DNA of 32,000 nt, taken from assembly GCA_030167145.1 (NCBI GenBank), contig CP126532.1, positions 4,980,001 through 5,012,000 on the forward strand. The letters are read 5' to 3'. Below, one piece after another: positions 15,092-24,682 of this stretch. Made by a program: the position numbers and the translations under genes. The stretch is from Ktedonobacterales bacterium (lineage in GTDB: Bacteria; Chloroflexota; Ktedonobacteria; Ktedonobacterales; JADMIN01). The notes beneath the pieces are model-generated. The model saw only the letters and a program-made list of their open reading frames with translations. It was not told the DNA's origin and did not search any database. Each line of letters starts with the position of its first letter. Positions within the stretch are counted from its first letter, which is position 1.

Positions 15092-16528
15092 ATGCGCAGA
15101 ACTCCGCTCGCTACTCTGCGACATCCTCCCCGCGCCCTCGCCTCCACACTGCTGACCCTCTGCGTTGCCCTGCCCGTGCTGGCAAGCTGCGCCACCGCCC
15201 CGAAGACCTACCCCATCGCCACCAAGATCAAGCACGTCGTCATCATCATGCAGGAGAATCGCTCGTTTGATAGCTATTTTGGCACCTTCCCTGGCGTCAA
15301 CGGCATTCCCATGCGCGATGGTGTACCCACTGTCTGCGTGCCCGACCCCAAGACCGGCGCATGTGTCAAGCCGTTTCACGACGCCAGCGACCTGAACCAT
15401 GGCGGCCCACATAGCCAGGCCGCTGCTACCGCCGATATGGATGGCGGCAAGATGGACGGCTTCATCGGCGTCGTGCGTAATGCGAAGAACAACTGTGGCG
15501 GCCCCTTCGACCCCGAATGCGCCACGCAAGCCCAGCCCGACGTGATGGGCTGGCACGATGCCCGCGAGATTCCCAACTACTGGACCTATGCCCATGACTT
15601 CACACTGCAAGACGCCATGTTCGAGCCAAACGCATCGTGGAGCCTGCCCGCGCACCTCTTCATCGTCTCCGAATGGTCAGCCAAGTGCAACGTCAAAGAC
15701 GACCCGATGAGTTGCGTCAATGCGGTACAAAGCCCCGCTCAGCTCCGCATGAAGAACGGCTCCATTGTCGGCCAGACTCCAAACTACGCCTGGACCGATC
15801 TCACCTACCTCATGCACAAATACAATGTCAGTTGGGGCTACTATCTCGACCAGGGCACCCAGCCCGACTGCGCCGATGACGCGATGGACTGCGCGCCACA
15901 GCCGCAGAGCGTCAGCGTGCCCGAAATCTGGAACCCCCTGCCCTACTTCACCACTGTTCACCAGGACGATCAGCTTAGCAACATCCAGCCCGTTCAGCGC
16001 TTCCTCGACGCCGCGCACAACGGCACGCTGCCCGCCGTCTCATGGGTCGTGCCCAACGGCGACCATAGCGAGCACCCGCCGTCGCTCATCAGCGACGGCC
16101 AGGCCTACGTCACCAATCTCATCAACACCGTCATGCGCGGCCCAGACTGGAATTCCACCGCCATCTTTCTCGCCTGGGACGACTGGGGCGGCTTCTATGA
16201 CCACGTCGTGCCGCCATCAGTGGATCAGAATGGCTATGGGCTGCGCGTGCCAGGGCTGGTCATCAGCCCGTATGCCAAGCGCGGCTACATTGATCACCAG
16301 ATCCTCAGCTTCGACGCCTACGCCAAGTTCATCGAAGATAACTTCATTGGCGGCCAGCGCCTGAACCCACAAACCGACGGACGCCCGGACCCGCGCCCCG
16401 ATGTGCGTGAAAGCGCCTCCATCCTTGGCAATCTCATGAACGACTTCGACTTCAGCCAGCGCCCGCTCGCGCCTGTGCTCCTGCCACTCGACCCACCCCC
16501 TGGCCCCGCCTCACTCCCCAGCACTTGA
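15092..16528 (+). CDS. Phosphoesterase-family protein (PlcN/AcpA-type phospholipase C or acid phosphatase), predicted lipoprotein
   Basis: [23 protein letters not shown] is the hallmark of this family, together with [12 protein letters not shown]. The start is chosen at ATG 15092 (GAGGTG SD), giving the signal peptide MRRTPLATL...[10 protein letters not shown]|C with a lipobox. The tracked ORF start at 15038 is also possible. Confidence 0.9.
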   Translation: MRRTPLATLRHPPRALASTLLTLCVALPVLASCATAPKTYPIATKIKHVVIIMQENRSFDSYFGTFPGVNGIPMRDGVPTVCVPDPKTGACVKPFHDASDLNHGGPHSQAAATADMDGGKMDGFIGVVRNAKNNCGGPFDPECATQAQPDVMGWHDAREIPNYWTYAHDFTLQDAMFEPNASWSLPAHLFIVSEWSAKCNVKDDPMSCVNAVQSPAQLRMKNGSIVGQTPNYAWTDLTYLMHKYNVSWGYYLDQGTQPDCADDAMDCAPQPQSVSVPEIWNPLPYFTTVHQDDQLSNIQPVQRFLDAAHNGTLPAVSWVVPNGDHSEHPPSLISDGQAYVTNLINTVMRGPDWNSTAIFLAWDDWGGFYDHVVPPSVDQNGYGLRVPGLVISPYAKRGYIDHQILSFDAYAKFIEDNFIGGQRLNPQTDGRPDPRPDVRESASILGNLMNDFDFSQRPLAPVLLPLDPPPGPASLPST

Positions 16529-16623
16529 TCTGCCTGCTGGCGGCGCCTCGCGCCTTGTAAGCGCCGGATGCGAAAGTGGTAGCATTGAGGCGAGTATGAA
16601 GGCATAAGAAAGGCTGTTGCATC

Positions 16624-17457
16624 ATGGCTATCAACGTGTGTGTGGCAGGCGCGACCGGCTGGACCGGCAGCGCTGTGACCCGCTCCATCCTGGCATCCAG
16701 CGAATTTCAGCTTGTCGGCGCCATTGCCCGCCGTCAGGTTGGCGGCGATATTGGCGAGTCGCTCGGCCACGAGCGCGCCAATGTCATCATCGTCGGATCC
16801 CTGGATGAGGCGCTAGCGATACCTACCGATGTTCTCATTGATTACACCGGACCCGACGTGGTGAAGGGCCACATCCTGACGGCGCTCAACAAAGGCGTCA
16901 GGGTAGTCGTTGGCACATCCGGGCTGACGGCGAGCGATTTCGCGGACATAGACCAGCAAGCGCGAGAGCGACAACTCGGCGTTATAGCCGCTGGCAACTT
17001 CTCCATAACGGCTGTCCTGGCAAAGCATTTTACTTTGATCGCGGCTCGGTATCTCCCATCATGGGAAATCATTGATTATGCCAGTGCCGCAAAAATTGAT
17101 GCCCCCAGCGGAACAACGCGCGAACTGGCCGAAGAACTCGCCGCCGTCTCCCAGAACCAGTTGGGTGTTGCGCTTGAACATACCCATGGTCCAAAAGAGG
17201 CGCGCGGGGCCACGATTGATGGAACCCAAGTTCACTCGATACGCCTGCCAAGCTATGTCATTGCCTTTGAAACACTCTTTGGCGCGCCCGATGAGCGCCT
17301 GACCATTCGCCACGATGCTGGATCCAGCGCCGAGCCGTATGTGAGCGGCACCCTCCTGGCCGCACGGAAAGTGATGCAGGTGAGTGGACTGGTGCGTGGC
17401 TTAGACCGCCTCCTCTTTCAGCCAGAAGACACCGGCACGGAGCAACGAGGCGGATAA
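16624..17457 (+). CDS. Dihydrodipicolinate-reductase (DapB)-family NAD(P)-binding protein, atypical active site
   Basis: 277 aa. It has an N-terminal Rossmann INVCVAGATGWTGSAV and a C-terminal-domain motif KIDAPSGTTRELAEE, but the position of the E. coli HHRHK motif reads YASAAK. Confidence 0.75.
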   Translation: MAINVCVAGATGWTGSAVTRSILASSEFQLVGAIARRQVGGDIGESLGHERANVIIVGSLDEALAIPTDVLIDYTGPDVVKGHILTALNKGVRVVVGTSGLTASDFADIDQQARERQLGVIAAGNFSITAVLAKHFTLIAARYLPSWEIIDYASAAKIDAPSGTTRELAEELAAVSQNQLGVALEHTHGPKEARGATIDGTQVHSIRLPSYVIAFETLFGAPDERLTIRHDAGSSAEPYVSGTLLAARKVMQVSGLVRGLDRLLFQPEDTGTEQRGG

Positions 17458-17532
17458 ATCAGCGCCAGACTGTAGCGTCGAACGTATGTTGCGCGATAGG
17501 TTCCCAGCCAAGATGACCGGGAACCCCATTGC

Positions 17533-19338
17533 TTATAGCAACTCTTCGAACTGCGCCAGATAGTCCGCGAACGTATCAAGCGCCTGTTGCACCGGCGCCG
17601 GCGTCGAAAGGTCCACGCCCGCTTCGCGCAGCAAATTGATGCTGTAGTCCGAAGACCCCGACGAGAGGAAACCTAAATAGCGCTTCACCGCAGGCTCACC
17701 CTCAGCCAAAATCCCCTTCGCCAGCGCCGCCGACGCCGAGATGCCCGTCGCATACTGGTAGACGTAGTAGCTCGAATAGAAGTGCGGGATGCGCGCCCAT
17801 TCGTTCTCGATCAGCTCGTCCACCGTCACCACTGGCCCATAGTACTTGTCATTCAGTCCCTTGAAGACGCTGCTCAGCAACTCCGGCGTCAGCGCCTCGC
17901 CCGCTTCCGCGCGGCGGTGCGCCTCGCGCTCGAACTCCGCGAAAAGCGTCTGGCGGTATAATGTCGTGCGGAACGTCTCCAGCGCGTGGTTCAGCACATA
18001 CTTCCGCACCGACGTATCCGTCGTGTTGTGCAGCAGATAGTGCGTCAGTAGCGCCTCATTCAGCGTCGAGGCCACCTCAGCCACGAACAGCGTGTAGCTC
18101 GCGTAGGGGAAGGGTTGCGTCTGCCACGTGAAGTACGAGTGCATCGAGTGCCCCATCTCGTGCGCCAGCGTGAACATGCTGTCCATCGTCTCCTGATAGT
18201 TCAGCAGCACGAACGGATTGGTCCCATACGACCCCCAGCTATACGCGCCCGACCGCTTACCCTCGTTCTCCAGCACGTCTATCCACCGCGCGCCGAAGCC
18301 AGTTCGCAGCGCCGACACATAGTTCTCCCCCAACGGCCCCAGTGCCCGCGCCACCTGCTCTTTCGCCTCCACGAACGGCGCTTTGTACTCCACGTCCTTC
18401 ACCATTGGCACGTAGAGATCGTACATGTGTAGCTCATCCAGGCCGAGCAGACGCTTCCGTAGCTCCAGGTAGCGATGCAGCTTCGGCAGGTTCGCATCCA
18501 CTGTGCTGAGCAGATTGTCATACACGCTCACAGGAATATTGTTCGGATCCAGCGCAGCCTGGACCGTGTCTTCGTACTTGCGCGCGCGCGCAAAGAACAT
18601 GTCGCCTTTCACCTGCGCCGCGTAGGTCGCGCCGAGTGTGTTGCGGTAGTCGCGATACGTGCCCAGCATCGCCTCGAACGCCGCGCGCCGCACGTCGCGA
18701 TTCTGGCTCTCCAAGAACTTCGCCACATAATTGCCCTGGGTCAGCCGCACCTCCTGCCCCTGCTCGTCGCGCACCAGCGGCAGCTTCAGATCAGCGTTAT
18801 TGAATAGCTCGAAGATGTGTTCTGGTCCTTGGCCGAGTTCCGCCGCTTGCGCCAGCAACCCCTCCATCTCCGCCGAAAGCACATGCGCGCGCTGCCGGTT
18901 GATCTCATCCAGCGCGTGCCGGTACAAATCCAGCCCCGCCGTTTCTGCCAGGAAGCTCTCGATACGCTCCTGTGGAATAGCCAGAATCTCCGGCGTCATA
19001 TACGCGTTTGCGGTGTTCAGATCATTGGCCAGCGTCGTAGATCGGTCGGCTAGCGCCTGATATGTGCTGTTCGCGCTATCCTCGTGCATCCGCATGTTCG
19101 CGTAGACAAACAGCCGCCCCCAGACTTCATACGCCGTGTCGCGCACCTTGAAAGCCGCGAGCATCGTCGTTCCCGATTCGCCCAGCCGTCCCTCATACGC
19201 CCGAATATCGGGCAGCAGTGCGGTCACACGCGCGAAATCCGCCTCCCAGACGTCATTGGTCGCATAGATCGTTTCCAGGTTCCAGGTATACTCGGTAGGG
19301 ATCTCACTGCGCTTAGGCAGAGTCGTTGCGCTGGCCAT
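17533..19338 (-). CDS. pepF: Oligoendopeptidase F (M3B metallopeptidase)
   Basis: 601 aa with the zinc motif TLAHEMGHSMH and typical PepF length and N-terminal region (IPTEYTWNLETIY). Confidence 0.92.
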   Translation of the reverse strand: MASATTLPKRSEIPTEYTWNLETIYATNDVWEADFARVTALLPDIRAYEGRLGESGTTMLAAFKVRDTAYEVWGRLFVYANMRMHEDSANSTYQALADRSTTLANDLNTANAYMTPEILAIPQERIESFLAETAGLDLYRHALDEINRQRAHVLSAEMEGLLAQAAELGQGPEHIFELFNNADLKLPLVRDEQGQEVRLTQGNYVAKFLESQNRDVRRAAFEAMLGTYRDYRNTLGATYAAQVKGDMFFARARKYEDTVQAALDPNNIPVSVYDNLLSTVDANLPKLHRYLELRKRLLGLDELHMYDLYVPMVKDVEYKAPFVEAKEQVARALGPLGENYVSALRTGFGARWIDVLENEGKRSGAYSWGSYGTNPFVLLNYQETMDSMFTLAHEMGHSMHSYFTWQTQPFPYASYTLFVAEVASTLNEALLTHYLLHNTTDTSVRKYVLNHALETFRTTLYRQTLFAEFEREAHRRAEAGEALTPELLSSVFKGLNDKYYGPVVTVDELIENEWARIPHFYSSYYVYQYATGISASAALAKGILAEGEPAVKRYLGFLSSGSSDYSINLLREAGVDLSTPAPVQQALDTFADYLAQFEELL

Positions 19339-19407
19339 AGGTTCTCCTTATGTGCTCGCCGCCTTCGGGCTGCCAGACATTTCTGGTACTGTACCATACC
19401 GCCGCCC

Positions 19408-20052
19408 ATGCTGACGCCGCAACATTCAAGGGTAATTGCACACTTCATGCGAACACATCATCAGCCGCCGCTGCCGCGCTCCTTCTACGCGCGCCCCACA
19501 CTTGACGTAGCGCGTGATCTGCTCGGCAAGACGCTCTGGCGCGCGTCCGATGCCAGATGCAGCGCTGGCGTCATCGTCGAGACCGAGGCCTACATCTCTG
19601 CGATTGACCCCGCCGCCCACGGCTATCGCGGCAAAACTTCCCGCAACGCCACCATGTTTGGTCCACCTGGCCATCTCTATGTCTACTTCACCTACGGTAT
19701 GCACTACTGCATGAATGTGGTCACGGAAACCGACGGGCAGGCAGCAGCGGTGCTCCTGCGCGCCGTTGAACCGCTCCACGGCATAGACCTCATGCGTGCC
19801 CGTCGTCGCCCCACGATTCCCGACCGCGACCTGTGCCGTGGACCGGCGCGGCTCTGCCAGGCGTTCGCCGTAGATCGCACGCTCGATGGCGCGGACCTCA
19901 CCGGCCCTGAACTCTGGATCACCGAGACACCCGGCTTCTCGCCAGACACCCCCACAGCCACCTCGCCACGCATCGGCATCACCCAGGCTGCCGACTGGCC
20001 CTGGCGCTTCTATCTCCCTGGCAACCGCTTTGTCTCCGGCCGTCCCGTATAA
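19408..20052 (+). CDS. mpg: DNA-3-methyladenine glycosylase (Mpg/AAG family)
   Basis: Family motifs are FYARPTLDVARDLLGK, IVETEAY...DPAAHGYRGKTSRNATMFGPPGHLYVYFTYGMHYCMNVV and CRGPARLCQAF. The start could be ATG 19408 or ATG 19447. The upstream part of the tracked ORF is antisense to pepF. Confidence 0.88.
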   Translation: MLTPQHSRVIAHFMRTHHQPPLPRSFYARPTLDVARDLLGKTLWRASDARCSAGVIVETEAYISAIDPAAHGYRGKTSRNATMFGPPGHLYVYFTYGMHYCMNVVTETDGQAAAVLLRAVEPLHGIDLMRARRRPTIPDRDLCRGPARLCQAFAVDRTLDGADLTGPELWITETPGFSPDTPTATSPRIGITQAADWPWRFYLPGNRFVSGRPV

Positions 20053-20163
20053 GGCTACCAAATTTCCAATCCGATTGCGAAGTAGCGTTATATGTTTGTA
20101 TTGCCTCGCGACAACCACATAGACACTCGTTTCGGCTGCGCGTTCTCGCGAGGTAACACAGAT

Positions 20164-21348
20164 ATGAATACGCTCACAGCGATAGCGGACAACATACACG
20201 GTGACTGGCTTTCCGAACGCGGGCGGCTGGTGAAGCTCTGCGCCCACCTCACCAGCAGACCCGACATCGCCGAAGACCTTGCCCACGAGGCGCTACTCGA
20301 AGCATGGCGACACCAGGGAACCTTGCGTGACCCAGATCGCTTCGCGCAGTGGCTCTCTGGCATCGCGCGCAACGTCTGCCTGCGCTGGGCGCGCCGCCAG
20401 GGCCGCGACCTCGCCCACATAGCCGAATTGTCACACAATGGTGATGGCGCACCGCTCGACCTCGACGATGCGCTCCTCGCTGAGACCGATCTGGAGTTTG
20501 ACTTAGAGCGCCACGAACTGGCGCTCCTGCTCGACCGCGCGCTCGCTCTCCTCCCGCCAGAAACGCGCTCCGTGTTGATCGCTCACTACGTTGAAGAGTC
20601 GCCGCTGGCACAGGTCGCCGCACAACTTGGCGTGAACGCCAGCGCCGTTGCCATGCGCCTGCAACGTGGCAAAGTTGCCCTCCGGCGCGTGCTCACCACC
20701 GAGTTCAGCGCCGAAATGGCGGCATATCGCCCAGACGTGACGAGCGCGCACGGCTGGCAAGAGACGCGCATCTGGTGCCTCTCTTGCGGCCAGCGCCGTC
20801 TGCTCGGACGCTATCATCCCAGCGAAGGCGAGCTATGGCTCAGGTGCCCAGATTGTTCTCACGGTGAAGATCTTATGATCCATACCCACGCGCTTGAGAT
20901 TCTGGGTGGCGTGCAAGGCTACCAACGTGCGTACAACCGGCTCTTTGGCTGGATTGATCGTTTCTATCGCCCGCACCTCGCCACGCGGACCGTGCCGTGT
21001 CTGCGTTGTGGCAATATACTTCCGCTCCATGTGAAACCGCTAACACCTTCAGGGCCGCCCACTGGAGCTACCCCTCCACTTCCCCCAGAGATAGACGCCG
21101 GCCTCTACTATACCTGCCCTCTCTGCGAGAGAGATTGCTGGGAATCACTCGGCGGGCTGGTGCTGGCCTTGCCAGAAGCAAGGCGATTCCAGCGCCGCAA
21201 TCAGCGCATCCGCTCACTGCCCACCTCCGAGGTCGAATACTCCGGGCGCCCCGCGCTGGTCACGCGCTTCGCCAGTGTCGCTGGCCAGGAGCAACTTGTC
21301 GCTGTCTCCGCCGCCGACACCCTTGAACTTCTCATGGTTGAAGGGTAG
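20164..21348 (+). CDS. ECF-type sigma-70 factor with a ~200-aa C-terminal Cys-rich (four CxxC) extension
   Basis: Region 2 is DIAEDLAHEALLEAWRH...WLSGIARNVCLRW. Region 4 is LPPETRSVLIAHYVEESPLAQVAAQLGVNASAVAMRLQRGKVALRRVL. The extension contains CLSC-x19-CPDC ... CLRC-x37-CPLC. The start is chosen at ATG 20164, with a GAGGT SD 9 nt upstream. Confidence 0.85.
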   Translation: MNTLTAIADNIHGDWLSERGRLVKLCAHLTSRPDIAEDLAHEALLEAWRHQGTLRDPDRFAQWLSGIARNVCLRWARRQGRDLAHIAELSHNGDGAPLDLDDALLAETDLEFDLERHELALLLDRALALLPPETRSVLIAHYVEESPLAQVAAQLGVNASAVAMRLQRGKVALRRVLTTEFSAEMAAYRPDVTSAHGWQETRIWCLSCGQRRLLGRYHPSEGELWLRCPDCSHGEDLMIHTHALEILGGVQGYQRAYNRLFGWIDRFYRPHLATRTVPCLRCGNILPLHVKPLTPSGPPTGATPPLPPEIDAGLYYTCPLCERDCWESLGGLVLALPEARRFQRRNQRIRSLPTSEVEYSGRPALVTRFASVAGQEQLVAVSAADTLELLMVEG

Positions 21349-21357
21349 GTCAGCGCC

Positions 21358-22698
21358 ATGAAAACCGAGACGACGCTCATCGCGCGCTCCCAAGTCACGC
21401 GCAGATCCCGCGCGCCGCTGTATCTCTTCTTCACAGCCAACATCATCTCATCCATCGGTGACGTGCTCACATTTCTCGCCGTTCCCTGGTTTGTGCTACA
21501 AACGACTGGCAGCATCACCCAGACGGGCATCACCGCATTCTTCTCCACAGCCGCTATCGCCTTCTCCGCTTTCTTCGGCAGCGCCCTTGTAGACCGCCTT
21601 GGCTTCAAGCGTGCCAGCGTGGTCAGCGATCTCATGGGCGCGGTGTCCGTCGCGCTCATCCCGCTGCTCTATTTCTTGGGTGCCCTGGCATTCTGGGAAC
21701 TGCTCGCCCTCGTCTTTCTCGCTGGCCTCTTCACCACCCCCGGCGCGACAGCCCGTGCGGCGCTCGTGCCAGAGCTAGCCGAGCTGGCTCAGATGCCGCT
21801 AGAGCGTGTCAGCGCCGCCACCGACGGCATCACTCGCGTCTCCCGCTTCATCGGCGCGCCACTCGCCGGCTTGCTGATCGTCATCATTGGGGCCAGCAAT
21901 CTGCTCTGGATTGATGCGCTATCCTTCGCCGTCTCCGCTCTGCTCATCGCTCTTTCCATCCCCCGCACCCTGCACTCCAAGAGCGCTGCGGGCGCAGATG
22001 CCACCGCAATCGCCGCTGCCGCACTATCAGGCGATACCGCCACCGAACTACGTGGCATGCGGCGCTACCTGGCGGGCCTGGCCGTGGGTCTGCGCTTCAT
22101 CTGGCGCGACCGCCTCATCCTCAGCATCGTCGCCACAGTCCTGGTGACGAATCTCCTGGACGCTGGTTTCAGCGCCGTACTTGCCCCCGCCTATATCCGC
22201 CAGACGTTTGGCAACGCCGTCGTGTTGGGCGGCATCGTCGCGGCCTTCGGCGGCGCCGCATTCCTGGGTACGCTCGTCTTCGGCGCCATCGGCCATCGTT
22301 TGCCACGTCAGCTAACACTTGGCATCGGCTTCACGCTTGCTGGGTTGCCCCGCTTCTTGGCGCTCGTCTTCGTCCCGTCCGTCCCGCTCTTACTTGCCAT
22401 CTTCGCCTTCGCTGGTTTCTGTATCGGCCCCGTCAACCCACTGCTCGACACCGTCCAATATGAGCGCGTGCCCATGCAGATGCGCGCCCGTGTCTTCGGC
22501 GCCGTCACTGCGGGCGCGATGATCGGCACCCCCCTCGGCGGCCTGCTCAGCGGCGTTTTGGTTGGGCTAATCGGCATCCGCACGGCGATTCTGCTCTTCG
22601 GCGCGGTGTACTTCCTCGCCACAGCCAGCCTGCTCATCAACCCCGCCATGCGTAGCATGGAAAAGAACCCTACCATATCACAGCTTATGGAAGAGTGA
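21358..22698 (+). CDS. MFS transporter
   Basis: 446 aa with about 12 hydrophobic helices, an MFS-like loop motif GSALVDRLGFKR after TM2, and a start 10 nt after the sigma-factor stop. Confidence 0.85.
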   Translation: MKTETTLIARSQVTRRSRAPLYLFFTANIISSIGDVLTFLAVPWFVLQTTGSITQTGITAFFSTAAIAFSAFFGSALVDRLGFKRASVVSDLMGAVSVALIPLLYFLGALAFWELLALVFLAGLFTTPGATARAALVPELAELAQMPLERVSAATDGITRVSRFIGAPLAGLLIVIIGASNLLWIDALSFAVSALLIALSIPRTLHSKSAAGADATAIAAAALSGDTATELRGMRRYLAGLAVGLRFIWRDRLILSIVATVLVTNLLDAGFSAVLAPAYIRQTFGNAVVLGGIVAAFGGAAFLGTLVFGAIGHRLPRQLTLGIGFTLAGLPRFLALVFVPSVPLLLAIFAFAGFCIGPVNPLLDTVQYERVPMQMRARVFGAVTAGAMIGTPLGGLLSGVLVGLIGIRTAILLFGAVYFLATASLLINPAMRSMEKNPTISQLMEE

Positions 22699-22775
22699 GC
22701 AACGATCTCAGCGTCAATATCTGTATGTTAGGCACAGACACCAATTGCGGTCCACTCGTTATTAGGCGGTTCGCG

Positions 22776-24032
22776 CTACCCTCGATACCCCAGATACACT
22801 GCGTGCGCCCGATCCTCGCGCGCCGGCAGCGCCTGCCCCAGCCGCTCATGCACATCCGCCCGTCCGGCGAACGCCTCAGCCGCCTCCGGATCCAGCGAAA
22901 TCGCCCGGTTCAGCGCCGCCAGCGCCTCGCGATAGCGCCCCAGCGCCGCCAGCGCCCGCCCCACTGTCAGCGGCCCGCGATAATCCCCCGGCACCCGCAG
23001 TTCCATCAACTCACCCAGATTCAGCGCCTCCGTCACATGACCAGTGCTCAAGAATTGCGCCGCCTTCAACGCGAGCGCCGCGCAATCATCAGGTTCAGCC
23101 GCCAGCACCCGCTCCAGCGTTTCCAATGCAGCGGTGATCTGCCCCTCCCGCACCTGCCGCTCCGCGTCTGCCAGCGCCATACGCTTCAGCATCCGCACCG
23201 GCGAGATGCCCTGGCGCTCGCCCGGCAGCGCGCTATCCACCAGTCGCAGCCTTCCATATGGCGCCTGATGCTCGGCGTCCACCGGCGCAGCCACCGCCTC
23301 CGCCAGCCCAAACTCACCCATATCCACCTCGCCGCCTGCCGCCAGTTGCGCCCCACTTGCCAGGCTCGCCGCCACATCGCGCAGAAACGCCTCCCCTTCA
23401 GCTTCGAGCGTATTTGGCACCGCGACCATATCAATCTCTGCGCAGCCAAACTTTCGCAGCCCATGCGTATGCAGCCAGCGGCTATCCGCATTCCAGGCCT
23501 CTGCGTGGAAGCTGACATGTACCAGTGGATCTGCGTCCGTCAGCCGCGCCATCTGCTCTCGTCCATAGCAACGCTCCGCCGCCGGATCTATGCAGACGCC
23601 CTCCACAAGCTCCAGCAGCGCCCCCTCCACCTTCACCATCCACTCCGTCGCGGCCAACGTCCGCTCCTGTGGCACGGTCACCCGCAGATCGAACGCCAGC
23701 GTGCTCTCGCGCAGCGTCTGCGTATCGCTCGCCGCCAATCCGCGTGTCAGCACCAGGAATGCTGGCTCACCAATCCCCTCAGTGATAGCGCCGCCATACC
23801 GATACACGATTGCCCGTAAAGACTCGCCGCCCGCGCCCATCGTCAGCGTATACATCCCTAGCCGCTTGCGCATTCCAGGCGCAAGCACCATCTCTGCCTG
23901 CTGTATCTCTGCCGCCGCATACGAGCCAGACCCCAGACCTGCCGCAGCCAGCGCGCGCAACACCGTTGCGTCCATGGGTGGCTGTTCATGCCGCGCGACA
24001 ACAAGCGCTTCGAGCACAATCTCCCGGGACAT
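22776..24032 (-). CDS. Hypothetical protein with an uncharacterised central domain (WLHTHGLRKFG motif) and C-terminal TPR repeats
   Basis: The start is chosen at MSREIV (ATG 24032, with GGAGAGAGG upstream); the tracked ORF extends to 24056. The C-terminal ~130 aa contain TPR-like repeats (ALGRYREALAALNRAISLDPEAAEAFAGRADVHERLG). Confidence 0.75.
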   Translation of the reverse strand: MSREIVLEALVVARHEQPPMDATVLRALAAAGLGSGSYAAAEIQQAEMVLAPGMRKRLGMYTLTMGAGGESLRAIVYRYGGAITEGIGEPAFLVLTRGLAASDTQTLRESTLAFDLRVTVPQERTLAATEWMVKVEGALLELVEGVCIDPAAERCYGREQMARLTDADPLVHVSFHAEAWNADSRWLHTHGLRKFGCAEIDMVAVPNTLEAEGEAFLRDVAASLASGAQLAAGGEVDMGEFGLAEAVAAPVDAEHQAPYGRLRLVDSALPGERQGISPVRMLKRMALADAERQVREGQITAALETLERVLAAEPDDCAALALKAAQFLSTGHVTEALNLGELMELRVPGDYRGPLTVGRALAALGRYREALAALNRAISLDPEAAEAFAGRADVHERLGQALPAREDRAHAVYLGYRG

Positions 24033-24370
24033 GCCGATCCTCTCTCCACCTCGCACGGCGCTTCATACGGTCGGGCATCACCGCGATGGCCATTGTACCA
24101 TGCCGTAGCACGCTCATGCATGGGCTGATTGGGGAATGCGAAACAATTGGTTGCTGTCATCCGTCACAGAATGCGTGACATCCGACGAGCCTTCAACATC
24201 GAGCAGTTTGCCGTGTCACATACCTATCGCAAAATAGTCCTGGTTCGCACTATCAGCCCGGTGGCTATTCGTACAAAAGGTAGCGACAAGAAAACACGAT
24301 TCCTGACGCTACGCCCATACGCCGCATTGGACTTCATGTGGGTGGTGGATGAAGAGGAGGACATATCATC

Positions 24371-24610
24371 ATGGCAAACCTACCGAGTGGTCTCCACATT
24401 ACGTATCAGTTGCAATACCGCAAATGCGGCAAACCGAGCTGTGGCACCTGCAAACGCGGACCGGGCCACGGACCGTACTGGTACGCCTATTGGCGCGAGG
24501 GCGCAAAGCTGCGCTCTGGCTATGTCGGCAAGACCCAGCCCGTAGGCGTGCCTGCCGCAGTCGTTGCTCGCGCCGAAGCGAAGGTCAAGCTCGTTCGTGT
24601 CCCCGCGTAA
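24371..24610 (+). CDS. Small Cys-rich zinc-ribbon-like protein (CGKPSCGTC...GHGPYWY motif)
   Basis: 79 aa with an AGGAGG SD ~10 nt upstream of the ATG. The motif YRKCGKPSCGTCKRGPGHGPYWYAYWREGAKLRSGYVGK recalls a conserved small-protein family (I believe DUF6788, from memory). A strong terminator hairpin follows. Confidence 0.65.
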   Translation: MANLPSGLHITYQLQYRKCGKPSCGTCKRGPGHGPYWYAYWREGAKLRSGYVGKTQPVGVPAAVVARAEAKVKLVRVPA

Positions 24611-24626
24611 CCTTCTGGATACAGTC

Positions 24627-24656
24627 GAGCGCCGCTTCACATCTGAAGCGGCGCTC
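24627..24656. terminator. Bidirectional hairpin terminator between convergent genes
   Basis: GAGCGCCGCTTCA-catc-TGAAGCGGCGCTC is a perfect 13-bp stem with a 4-nt loop. It lies 17 nt after the 24371-24610 stop and 27 nt after the 24683-25111 stop. The flanks are only moderately T-rich. Confidence 0.6.
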
Positions 24657-24682
24657 GTCACGTTCATCTATTCTTTCGATCA

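Noticed and set aside
22695-23819. 374-aa + strand ORF antisense to the TPR gene. Similar shadow ORFs lie inside the 989-aa gene (4036-4710 -, 4842-5540 +), pepF, the phosphoesterase gene and the ABC ATPase gene (30358-31182 -).
   Set aside because: The compositions are Arg/Gln/His/Pro-rich with no domains, and each is fully overlapped by a gene with strong family motifs on the other strand or frame.
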